From: Nitrospirota bacterium
Lineage (GTDB): Bacteria; Nitrospirota; UBA9217
DNA: 64,000 nt
Assembly: GCA_963751455.1 (NCBI GenBank)
Contig: CAVVUN010000012.1
Coordinates: 512,001 to 576,000, forward strand
Direction: 5' to 3'
In this document: positions 48,348-57,609 of the stretch, in pieces
Numbering within the stretch: the first letter of the stretch is position 1
How the letters are laid out: each line of letters starts with the position of its first letter
Notes under the pieces: generated by a model
Database searches by the model: none
Seen by the model: the letters and a program-made list of their open reading frames with translations, nothing else
Told to the model about the DNA's origin: nothing
Translations under genes and position numbers: made by a program

Positions 48348-48437
48348 CCGACAAGCATATAAAACAGAGATTATTCTGTTTTAAGTAGCTTCGTGGCTCT
48401 GCGCCCCGCGGTTTCCCGCAGTTTGCTCTGAGCAAAG
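48338..48437 (-). ncRNA. GEMM-I riboswitch, A20 variant (predicted 3',3'-cGAMP), copy 2 (downstream member of the tandem)
   Basis: CTTTGCTCAGAGCAAACTGCGGGAAACCGCGGGGCGCAGAGCCACGAAGCTA...ATGCTTGTCGGGCCGCCAAAG; A at 48427. Confidence 0.88.
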
Positions 48438-48553
48438 TAGTTGTGTTGCTGTCGTATTATGGATGCCATCATTATCTTATAGGTAAAGATAATGTCATCG
48501 GCTGTTTAGTTCATATCCGTTTTCCTCCTGCATGATCAATTTTTAATGGTCTT

Positions 48554-48593
48554 AAATAAAAAAGCCGCCAAAGATAAATTAACCTTTGGCGGC
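48554..48593 (-). terminator. Intrinsic terminator of riboswitch 3
   Basis: AGCCGCCAAAG-GTTAATTTAT-CTTTGGCGGCT followed by TTTTTATTT. Confidence 0.87.
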
Positions 48594-48725
48594 TCGACTA
48601 GCATAGAAACAGTATGCATTCTCTTTCCGGTGTAAAAAAACTTCGATGAATGAGAATGTGAGTACTGTTTTTTTAGCTTCGTAGCTCTGCGCCCCGCGGT
48701 TTCCCGCAGTTTGCTCTGAGCAAAG
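48584..48725 (-). ncRNA. GEMM-I riboswitch, A20 variant (predicted 3',3'-cGAMP), copy 3 (upstream member of the tandem)
   Basis: CTTTGCTCAGAGCAAACTGCGGGAAACCGCGGGGCGCAGAGCTACGAAGCTAAA...ATGCTAGTCGAGCCGCCAAAG; A at 48715; long P3 extension. Confidence 0.88.
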
Positions 48726-48748
48726 TATTATATTTTGTTCTCGAAATG

Positions 48749-48777
48749 ACTGTATCATGCCATTTTGACCTTGTCAA
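48749..48777 (-). promoter_or_regulatory. Sigma70-type promoter of the pal/adhesin/glt-like operon
   Basis: TTGACA-N17-TACAGT with extended -10 TG; same layout as 24275-24303. Confidence 0.8.
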
Positions 48778-49001
48778 GAAAATCGCGCTCTGTTGCCGAA
48801 TTACCAATTTTCCCTGTGTAACTTGAACATTTCTGTTTGCATTGCCTTAAAATAATATTTGCCATCAACAAAATCATACGGTAATATAGCGTTTTATTTC
48901 ATCGGTGATACTGTTTCTCAAAAAACTTTTTGCATTCTCGCTAGAGGCGAATCAGAAAATGCCGAAAAACATTACAGCGGAAAAGAAATGAAAGGTCAGA
49001 A

Positions 49002-50864
49002 ATGCTCCAGGTAACAAACATCGAAAAATCGTACGGCAAACAGTTGCTGTTCGACGGCGTCAGCTTTACGATAAACCCCCGGGAGCGTGTAGGGCTGGTC
49101 GGCCGGAACGGCTACGGCAAATCTACGCTCTTCCGGATGATCCTGGGCGAGGAGCACGCGGACTCGGGCACAATTACGCTGCCTTCCGGATATACAGTAG
49201 GCCATCTTTCACAGCATATTCATTTCACGGAGGAGAGCGTGCTGAAAGAGGCGTGCCTGGCCCTTCCGCCGCAGGAAGACCATCGTGATGAAACGTACAA
49301 GGCCGAGGCGATCCTGCATGGCCTCGGATTCACCAACGACGATTTCGATACGCCGCCTTCGTCGCTCTCGGGCGGCTACCAGGTGCGCTTGAATCTTGCC
49401 AAAGTGCTTGTATCGGAGCCGAACCTTCTGCTCCTTGACGAGCCAACCAACTATCTTGACATCGTTTCGGTACGCTGGATCACCCAGTTTCTGCGCGCAT
49501 GGCGAAACGAGCTGATCATCATCACGCATGACCGTGACTTCATGGACAGCGTGACGACCCATACGATGATCATTCATCGCTGCAAAATGCGGAAGATCGC
49601 GGGAGGCACTCAGAAGCTGTACGACCAGATATTGATGGAAGAGGAAATTTACGAAAAGACACGGCAAAACGACGAGAAGAAACGAAAGGAGATCGAGCAG
49701 TTCATCAATCGGTTTCGCGCCCAGGCGACAAAGGCCCGCGCCGTCCAGTCCCGGATCAAAGCGCTGGCGAAGCACGAAAACCTCGATAAGCTTGAGGAAA
49801 TCAAAACGCTTGATTTCAAGTTCCGGGCCTCGCCGTTCGAAGCCAAGTGGCTGATGACGGTTGAAGACCTTTCCTTTTCCTTCTCGCCTGACAGCCCGAC
49901 CCTGGTCGAAGGACTTTCTTTCGCGGTGGGGAAAAAGGACCGCATAGCGGTGATCGGGAAGAACGGGAAGGGCAAAACGACGCTGCTGAACCTGCTTGCA
50001 AAAGAACTTTCTGCTACGAGCGGAGACATAAAGGTACACGCAAATACAAAAATCGGCTACTTCGGCCAAACTAACATAAACCGCTTGCGGCCGGACAAAA
50101 CCGCGCTCCAGGAAATCATGGACACCCACCCTGACAACAGCCAGGGTGAGTCACGTGCAATATGCGGGCTGATGATGTTCGAGGGCGACAATGCGCTCAA
50201 GAAAGTGAGCGTGCTGTCCGGCGGGGAAAAGAGCCGGGTATTGCTGGGCAAACTCCTGGTCTCGCCCTCAAACCTGCTCCTGCTGGATGAGCCCACGAAC
50301 CATCTGGACATGGAATCGATTGATTCTCTGATCGAAGCGATGGACGCCTTTCAGGGGGCGGTCATCATCGTTACCCACAGCGAGCTGATCCTCGAGGCCG
50401 TGGCCACGAAATTGATTGTCTACGACAATGACACGGTCTCCGTATTCGAAGGCACATATCTCGATTTCCTGGAACGTGTCGGATGGAGCGACGAGGGCGG
50501 CGTCATACGAAAAGGAAAAAAGCGGGAGGCGGAAAAAAGCATCAACCGGAAAGATGTGAAGAAACTGAGGACCGGGATCGTCTCGGAAAAATCGAAGGTA
50601 CTCGGTGCGCTGAAAAAAAGAATGGACGAGCTGGAGGCAGAGATCATGAAGTTGGAGCTCGATATGGAGCGGGACAATCAGGCGCTCCTCGATGCGTCGA
50701 TGACGGGCAAAGCACTGGACATCAAGCGGTTGTCCCAGGCCCTGCGCGACGCAAAAGCACTGACCGAACACCTGTTTGCTGAACTGGAAACTGTGACGAA
50801 CAGGCACGACGCAAAAGCCAGGGAGTTCGATCAGCAGCTGAGCGAACTTGCGGAAATTTCATAA
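49002..50864 (+). CDS. ABC-F family ATPase (YheS/Uup-like)
   Basis: Two NBDs (GRNGYGKST, LSGGY, LLDEPTNYLD; GKNGKGKTT, LSGGE, LLDEPTNHLD), no TM segments, C-terminal coiled coil. Confidence 0.93.
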   Translation: MLQVTNIEKSYGKQLLFDGVSFTINPRERVGLVGRNGYGKSTLFRMILGEEHADSGTITLPSGYTVGHLSQHIHFTEESVLKEACLALPPQEDHRDETYKAEAILHGLGFTNDDFDTPPSSLSGGYQVRLNLAKVLVSEPNLLLLDEPTNYLDIVSVRWITQFLRAWRNELIIITHDRDFMDSVTTHTMIIHRCKMRKIAGGTQKLYDQILMEEEIYEKTRQNDEKKRKEIEQFINRFRAQATKARAVQSRIKALAKHENLDKLEEIKTLDFKFRASPFEAKWLMTVEDLSFSFSPDSPTLVEGLSFAVGKKDRIAVIGKNGKGKTTLLNLLAKELSATSGDIKVHANTKIGYFGQTNINRLRPDKTALQEIMDTHPDNSQGESRAICGLMMFEGDNALKKVSVLSGGEKSRVLLGKLLVSPSNLLLLDEPTNHLDMESIDSLIEAMDAFQGAVIIVTHSELILEAVATKLIVYDNDTVSVFEGTYLDFLERVGWSDEGGVIRKGKKREAEKSINRKDVKKLRTGIVSEKSKVLGALKKRMDELEAEIMKLELDMERDNQALLDASMTGKALDIKRLSQALRDAKALTEHLFAELETVTNRHDAKAREFDQQLSELAEIS

Positions 50865-51085
50865 AAATCATAATATATGAAAATGGATTAATAAGTGTCC
50901 TTGAATTAGCCGGATTTCGCGGATTAAACAGATTTGATTCTTAAGTTCTTTCTTTATGAAAAGATCATCCTTTGCGGCTTCACCGTAAATTCTATTATTC
51001 AAAGCTTTTCTCCAAACTGAATCCTTTATTCATGCTTTTTTAAGCTGCGCAAATCTGCGAAATCTGCGGACAAAAAGGTAGGGCC

Positions 51086-53062
51086 ATGACTTCCTGGAAC
51101 CGCTTCATATGGCAGCTTAAAAAGGACCTGAAGCAGTGGCTTTTTTTCATGGCGCTGCTCTCGTTCATGAGACTCGTTCTGATAGTCGTGTTCCACGGCA
51201 AGATCGGGGCAACAACTCCCTGGGCTGACATACCCAAGACGTTCCTGAACGGCCTGCGCTACGACGTCATGGTCGCGACGTATATTGCGCTCATCCCGCT
51301 TCTGATGAGCGTACTTTGCGGCTTTGTCGATATCCGTAAAGCGGCTGAGCCCGTACGTGCCCTGTTCGGACGGCTCTTTATAGTCCTGTCCGTTGTCCTC
51401 TCGGTTGTCACCATAGGTTATTTCAAGGAATACAACGACCAGTTCAATCATTGGATCTTCAATCTGTTCTACGACGACACCAGAGCAATTTTTTCCACGA
51501 TCTGGGCGGAATACCACCCGGTTCCCGGCCTGATCGCTGCAGGCCTCGTATCATTCGTTCTTTTGAAATTGTACGGCTTCCATATGAAGAGCGCGTGGCT
51601 GAGCGCCGATGCAGCCGACCGGCGGTGGCCGCCCCTTCTCCTTCGTATTCTGTACGGTATTATCCTTGCCTCCCTCGTGACCATTGGCCTTCGCGGATCA
51701 TATGGACACCGTCCGTTAAAACTCGAGGATGCCGCAGTTACGAGAGATGATTTTTTAAACAAGGCTGTCCTCAATCCGTACAGAGCTCTCACTTCCGCAT
51801 ACGCGGCACATACGAAAATCTTGAGCCTGTCCAACGGACTTGAAGCGTATCTTCCTGATGGCGACGTTCGCCGGGCTGCCCGAGAACTATTGAGCAAACA
51901 TGAATCGTTCTCATACCTCGATGAGTATTTAAAAAGAACCGCGCCTGGACATAGGAACAAACAGCCTTCCCATATTTTTCTCGTTGTAATGGAGAGTTAT
52001 GATGCCTGGCCTCTTTTGAAAAAATACTCTTCTCTCGGTTTGACGCATGAGCTGTCGTCACTTGCCGGAAAAGGTATCCATATCGCTCATTTTCTGCCTG
52101 CCTCGGACGGGACCGCTACCTCCCTGTCTGCTCTAATTACCGGACTTCCTGACGTAAACGTCGTAACCAATTACCAAAAAATGTCTCAGAAAGCCTATCC
52201 CTCGTCGCTTGCGGAATCCTTCAAACGGCTCGGTTACCGTACAAGATTCTTCTACGGCGGATATCTCAGCTGGCAGAAAGTGGGTGACTTCGTAAAAGCG
52301 CAGGGGTTCGAAGAGATTTACGGGGCAGCGCATATCGGGACGTGGGCGTCGCATAACGAATGGGGGGTTGAAGACGAGGCGCTTTTCGATTTCATCGTGA
52401 GGAGCGTAAATTCCTCAGCTGCTCAGCCAAGCCTGAACGTCGTCGTGACGACCAGCTATCATCCTCCCTACGAATTGGACGTGTATGGAAAGGGTTTTCC
52501 GGTGAAGACGGTCCCTGATGATCTTGCCTCGCAGTTTGACAATTCAGTAACATTAAAGGTGCTTGGACATTTATGGTATGCGGACCGCTGTATCGGCGAT
52601 TTTGTCCGGGCTGCAGAAAACAAGCTCGGCTCTGCCCTCTTTGTATTTACCGGAGATCATTACGGAAGAAAGTTTCTCAATACCCATCCCGATTTTTTCG
52701 AAGGATCGGCAGTTCCTTTTGTGCTCTACGGGAAGGACGTACTGCGTGGTGTAAACGTGCCAACGAATGCCGCAGGGAGCCATATCGACATTGCATCCAC
52801 CCTGATCGAAATGGCCGCGCCGAAAGGGTTCACGTATTATTCGCTCGGCAGCAGCATGTTCACTCCCGGCGTCCGGATCGGCATCGGACGTGATAAAGTG
52901 ATCTCTTCTGATTATCTTTTCGATGTAGCCGCTATGAAATTTTATTCTCTTCCGGACAGACCCCTTCCGAAGAACCTGCCTGACCCGGAACAGCTCAAAC
53001 TCCTGCACGACCGCCTGAGCGGCATCGCCTGGTGGCGCATTATGAAAGGTGGAAAACTGTAG
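51086..53062 (+). CDS. LTA synthase/sulfatase-family membrane protein (phosphoglycerol transferase-like)
   Basis: About five N-terminal TMs, GLRYD, VMESY, catalytic Thr region SDGT, TSYHPPY, FTGDH, SHIDI. Confidence 0.88.
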   Translation: MTSWNRFIWQLKKDLKQWLFFMALLSFMRLVLIVVFHGKIGATTPWADIPKTFLNGLRYDVMVATYIALIPLLMSVLCGFVDIRKAAEPVRALFGRLFIVLSVVLSVVTIGYFKEYNDQFNHWIFNLFYDDTRAIFSTIWAEYHPVPGLIAAGLVSFVLLKLYGFHMKSAWLSADAADRRWPPLLLRILYGIILASLVTIGLRGSYGHRPLKLEDAAVTRDDFLNKAVLNPYRALTSAYAAHTKILSLSNGLEAYLPDGDVRRAARELLSKHESFSYLDEYLKRTAPGHRNKQPSHIFLVVMESYDAWPLLKKYSSLGLTHELSSLAGKGIHIAHFLPASDGTATSLSALITGLPDVNVVTNYQKMSQKAYPSSLAESFKRLGYRTRFFYGGYLSWQKVGDFVKAQGFEEIYGAAHIGTWASHNEWGVEDEALFDFIVRSVNSSAAQPSLNVVVTTSYHPPYELDVYGKGFPVKTVPDDLASQFDNSVTLKVLGHLWYADRCIGDFVRAAENKLGSALFVFTGDHYGRKFLNTHPDFFEGSAVPFVLYGKDVLRGVNVPTNAAGSHIDIASTLIEMAAPKGFTYYSLGSSMFTPGVRIGIGRDKVISSDYLFDVAAMKFYSLPDRPLPKNLPDPEQLKLLHDRLSGIAWWRIMKGGKL

Positions 53063-53155
53063 CACTGCTCAGAAAAAACCACTCGATAGAATAGCCGACT
53101 GTCGGCCCTGCTTACGAATAAACCTAATACATTATCCTGCTATGCAATAAATTTT

Positions 53156-53323
53156 GTAACTATTCAGCTTCTTTTCAGAACAGCATTAAGACAAATCTAA
53201 GAAAAAGCCCTTTTATCCGCAGATTTCGCAGATTGACGCAGATTCTAAAACCGGAATTCTGGTTTTGTTTTTATCTGCGAAATCTGCGTAATCTGCGGAT
53301 AAAAAAATGACCTGAGTAGTTAC
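53156..53323. mobile_element. MITE-like element carrying a CGCAGAT/ATCTGCG doublet
   Basis: TIR GTAACTATTCAG / CTGAGTAGTTAC; flanks ATAAATTTT and TTAAATTTT; internal TTTTATCCGCAGATTTCGCAGAT...ATCTGCGTAATCTGCGGATAAAA. Confidence 0.75.
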
Positions 53324-53515
53324 TTAAATTTTGATATACGACCCTGTACGCCATTGCTTCTTAATTTGAAACAGACGAATTCTTTTACATACCGGACCCC
53401 CGCCAAAATCAAGCTCAATTTCCTCTTTTAATTCAATTCACTAAAGCCTGGTATTTATCTTGCTCTTTCTGAAACAGATTTACCTTTTTCTTGAGTATTT
53501 CAGCAGGAATTAGAA

Positions 53516-53746
53516 ATGAAGATTTTGATCAAGGTCCTGCAGTGGTTCAGTTTCGCATGGTTCATTTTTGCCGGCATGCTGATGCTTGGGGGTATGATCG
53601 GCATATGGCTGCAGGACGGTTTTATAGGAATGCTGAAGATGTACGGCCCGTTTGACCTCGCCAATTCCGTAATTATTGCGCTAACGTTTGCGCCTGCTGT
53701 CGGTGCGATTAAGTGGGCTGATAAACTGCGGGCCCAGAGCAAATAA
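53516..53746 (+). CDS. Small two-TM membrane protein, unknown function
   Basis: 76 aa, two hydrophobic segments, AGGA upstream. Confidence 0.55.
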   Translation: MKILIKVLQWFSFAWFIFAGMLMLGGMIGIWLQDGFIGMLKMYGPFDLANSVIIALTFAPAVGAIKWADKLRAQSK

Positions 53747-54104
53747 CAGAAGCAACCTCGGCAAACCTTGTTTTAGGATGGCACAGACTGTTTTAGAACA
53801 GGGCAGATCCGCCATGGACTCCCGGGTCGTAATCACCCGCCTTTTCTAGTTGACTTTTCCGCTCACTATCTTTAATCTTGTTACACATTCGAACTTGTAT
53901 TTCACACTCCATTCCCTCATCACGAATTTCCTATGAAATCAGGTTTACATATGGATTATTTTCAATTATCCGGCTTCCGCCGTCTTTTGAATATTTAATC
54001 GTTTCTCAGCTTGCGGCACAAGTTCGATTTCGTTATCTCGGGGAGAAGGTCAAACATGCAATGCAGACCTGCCTCGGGGGGTTTCTAACCCGGGGCGCAG
54101 TGCT

Positions 54105-57100
54105 ATGAAACAAGCTATTTTCATTTTTATACTGTTTTGTTGCATATTCCCATCGCAGCTTCGAGCTGAAGAGCCCGAGAAAGCAGGCACCCCCGCACCA
54201 AAACAACCATCAGCAGGATCGCCGGTTGTAGTGGAAATACCGAGAACGCAGTGGTGTCAATGCGTGCGCGCTCTATTACAGGTCGAAGGAGGCGACATAG
54301 CCGGCTGTGTCAAGAGCGGCGCCTCTGAAGAGAAATTAAAGATGTTCCGGCAGCGGGGGGCCGGGGACGAGAAGGCCACCTCGGTGCAATTTCTTTTGTC
54401 TGTTGCAGGCTGCGTGGAGAAGGAAAATGAGAACGTAGGGTCTGTCTCATTCGACTTACAATGGCTTGAGCAGTCGACCGGTTCGCTGCCGCCGGCACCC
54501 CCAGCCGGGAAGAAAGAGCAATCATATTCGCCGATAACCTGCGAAAACGGCGGGATAAACAGTATCGAAGCCACGTTCTACCGTTGGTCCAAGGAAAAAC
54601 TGGCAGCGGCACGCCCCTGGAATTGCTCCAATGCTGTGAACACGCTCAATAGCATTCCTGCAGCTGCAAATATCCGGCTTATCATAACAGGCAAAAATGC
54701 TTCCGGAGCTGTACTCTACCGGGCGGAACAGACCGGTGTAACGATTACCTATCGTGAAATAACGGCTCTCGGGACCCTCAAGGCCCTTCCTTTTATTCCG
54801 GCGCTTTCAGCGCCTGACAATGCGGCGCTGCTCGGGAGCGGACGGGTCAGTTTTGCCTGGAGCGCGCCCGGCGCCTTGTCGTATCAGATACAGGTTTCCG
54901 AAAATGCAAATTTCAACCCGGTAACCATAGATACTCACTCTTCAATCGCGTCATATGAAACGGGAACACCTCTGAAGTCGGGCGTATATTTTTGGCGGGT
55001 AAAGGCACGGGACGGCTTTGAAAACATCAGTGAATGGTCCGCGCCTTCGACAATGACGATCGACGCAGAACCACCGACCAATACAACGGGAAAAGAATTT
55101 ATCAATAAAGGAGCGCAGGCGACGAATTCGAGAGCTGTGGTGCTTGCCATATCGGCTGTAAAAAAGAACGGCATTACCGGCATTACCGGATACTATATTT
55201 CTGAACAGTCGAAAAAACCGCAAACAGGCAAGGCCGGTTGGGTCGCGATACCGTCGACCCCGTCATATTCTGGCGACATTCCGTTCACGCTCAGCAAAGG
55301 CGATGGGAAAAAGACGATACACGTATGGTTCAGGGACGCAGTGGGGCATGTCTCTGAAGGGAAAAGTGATTCCATTGTTTTCGATACCAAGCTGCCCCGG
55401 GTCACGATCACGAGTCATCCTTCACTTACGACAAACTCGACATCTGCGGATTTCCACTTTACGTCCAGTAAGGCCAAATCAAAGTTTGAATGTCAGATCG
55501 ATCAAGGCGCCTACTCCGCGTGCACTAGTCCGAAGACCTACGAGGAACTTCTTGAAGGACCGCACAGCTTTGCCGTCAAGGCAACGGACGCGGCCGGCAA
55601 CACCGACCCGACCCCTGCAACGTTCGCCTGGACAATAGATATAACGCCGCCTGATACGGCCATTACCAATCAACCGCCTCTTTCGACGAATGCAACGTCA
55701 GCGACTCTGGCTTTTTCCTCTACTGAGGCAGGTTCAACTTTCGAATGCCAGCTCGACGGAAAAGGGTATCGGGCATGCGCAGGCCCGCAGAAATTTGAGA
55801 AGCTCGCAACAGGTTCGCATACCTTTACTGTAAGAGCGACGGATGCCGTGGGGAATGTCGATCCCGTTCCTGCAAGTTACACCTGGACCGTTATAACCGT
55901 CTTCAAGACGAGTATTACAAACTACCCCTCTAACCCTTCAGATGAGGAAAACGCCATTTTCAGTTTTATTGCCAACCGGCCCGGAGCGGAATTCGAGTGC
56001 CAACTCGATAACAACGTCTATTCCGCGTGTACATCGCCGATAACCTATTCCGGCCTTGCCGAGAAAAGCCACACGTTCGCTGTCAAGGCGATAGATGCTG
56101 CCGGTGAAGAGAGCGAGCCCGCCGATTACTCATGGTTGATCAGCATTACTCAAGTGGATATTTCAAAGGCCCTCGAGGAATTACCGTTTGCCTTGTCCCC
56201 GGCGCTGGCAATGATCGGCGTAACGCCTGCGATCGTACCGCCTGCGCCTTCGCGCAGACTTGTGACATCATTTATGCAATCGGTAGATATGAATGCGAAT
56301 CCCGAGACTGCAATCGCGGTTGATGTAGTGCCGTACCTCTGGTACGTTAAAGAACCTTCTCTTCAACACTATCGGGAAGACAAACGGGAACAGGCGCTCT
56401 CACGGATACTTGTTTCAATCGCTCTTTCAAACACTTCAACTGACAACGATACTGCAAGCCGCATCGGGACGGCAATTCGCTGGACTATCTGGGATGAAAG
56501 CGACCCGCGCCTGGACGAAGACCTTGTAGCCTGTCTTGAGGAAACTGAAACGTATGGCGAGGCGCAGAATTTTGATTCACAGTGGCCGCGTGAGGCGGGA
56601 GAAACGATTTTTTCTCCGGATTATTTATACGAATCCATCGCGAAACAATGCGGCAAAGAAAGCTATAAAAGAAACTGGAACAGATCCGCAATGGCAGTCG
56701 GGCTGGCCCGCGCCTGGATTTATAAAAATGGAAACGGAGACGGCTTTACATCGGATGGGATCGGCCTCTGGACGTCATTGTCTTACGGCTTCGACAGATT
56801 TTTAACTTTACGCGATCGCTCACAAATCATACTTCATGCGCGCTACCGCACGCATGAGTCGGTGCCGGACGCGGGCAGGCACCCGCAGTATACTGATCAC
56901 AATACCTTGTCTCTTGGAGCCAGATACCGGTGGTCCGCCGATCCGCGCAGCACCCTGTTCCTTCAAGAGCTGCTCGTAGAAAAAAAACCCGAGGGACGTG
57001 ACCGCGACCGGTTATACATATTTTCCATCGGAGCCGAAGTAAGAAGCAACGACAATTTATGGGGGGAAGTTGAAATCGGATTGATCAGCGGGTACAACAA

Positions 57101-57170
57101 CGATCGCGTACCGGGGTTCTTGACGGCGCAGATAAAAGTGGCGTTCCCCGAAGGGAAAACAAAGAAATGA
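54105..57170 (+). CDS. Exported protein with FN3/Ig-like domains, three Cys-paired Ig repeats and a predicted C-terminal beta-barrel
   Basis: Signal peptide; YFWRVKARD FN3-like domain; FECQxD...YxACxxP repeated three times; C-terminal amphipathic strands. Confidence 0.75.
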   Translation: MKQAIFIFILFCCIFPSQLRAEEPEKAGTPAPKQPSAGSPVVVEIPRTQWCQCVRALLQVEGGDIAGCVKSGASEEKLKMFRQRGAGDEKATSVQFLLSVAGCVEKENENVGSVSFDLQWLEQSTGSLPPAPPAGKKEQSYSPITCENGGINSIEATFYRWSKEKLAAARPWNCSNAVNTLNSIPAAANIRLIITGKNASGAVLYRAEQTGVTITYREITALGTLKALPFIPALSAPDNAALLGSGRVSFAWSAPGALSYQIQVSENANFNPVTIDTHSSIASYETGTPLKSGVYFWRVKARDGFENISEWSAPSTMTIDAEPPTNTTGKEFINKGAQATNSRAVVLAISAVKKNGITGITGYYISEQSKKPQTGKAGWVAIPSTPSYSGDIPFTLSKGDGKKTIHVWFRDAVGHVSEGKSDSIVFDTKLPRVTITSHPSLTTNSTSADFHFTSSKAKSKFECQIDQGAYSACTSPKTYEELLEGPHSFAVKATDAAGNTDPTPATFAWTIDITPPDTAITNQPPLSTNATSATLAFSSTEAGSTFECQLDGKGYRACAGPQKFEKLATGSHTFTVRATDAVGNVDPVPASYTWTVITVFKTSITNYPSNPSDEENAIFSFIANRPGAEFECQLDNNVYSACTSPITYSGLAEKSHTFAVKAIDAAGEESEPADYSWLISITQVDISKALEELPFALSPALAMIGVTPAIVPPAPSRRLVTSFMQSVDMNANPETAIAVDVVPYLWYVKEPSLQHYREDKREQALSRILVSIALSNTSTDNDTASRIGTAIRWTIWDESDPRLDEDLVACLEETETYGEAQNFDSQWPREAGETIFSPDYLYESIAKQCGKESYKRNWNRSAMAVGLARAWIYKNGNGDGFTSDGIGLWTSLSYGFDRFLTLRDRSQIILHARYRTHESVPDAGRHPQYTDHNTLSLGARYRWSADPRSTLFLQELLVEKKPEGRDRDRLYIFSIGAEVRSNDNLWGEVEIGLISGYNNDRVPGFLTAQIKVAFPEGKTKK

Positions 57171-57312
57171 GGCATCCCTCCGTTTGACAGAACACTTTTC
57201 TTTCTCTCATTGTCATAATGATAATTACATGATGATGAAAGAAAGTTTGGGGCCGGGATAAAAGACTGCCCGGCCCCTGAAAAGTTCGCTTTTTTGACAT
57301 GCAACCAATCTT

Positions 57313-57445
57313 GATGCATTCGTAAGAAGTCAGAAAACACCCAATTTCGTCATACCGGCGAACGCTGGTATCCAGTCTTTTCAATAAGTTCGATAACCAC
57401 TGGACCCCGGTTTTCACCGGGGAGACGACTTTTTACGAGATCATC
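57313..57445. mobile_element. 133-bp MITE with 6-bp target duplication
   Basis: TIR GATGCATTCGTAAGAAGTC / GACTTTTTACGAGATCATC flanked by AATCTT on both sides (57307-57312, 57446-57451); two internal hairpins. Confidence 0.8.
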
Positions 57446-57609
57446 AATCTTTCTATCTGCCTGAATGACTGCCACTGCAGCACAATCAATATAACCGGCC
57501 GGTTATTCCAATGCTGGTCTCCAGACTGCCAGGCGAGAGCAAAAATTCACCACGTTTGCGGCCCCATCAGCCCGTGACTATTTCTCGCTCTTACGCCCTT
57601 TTATTTCAG

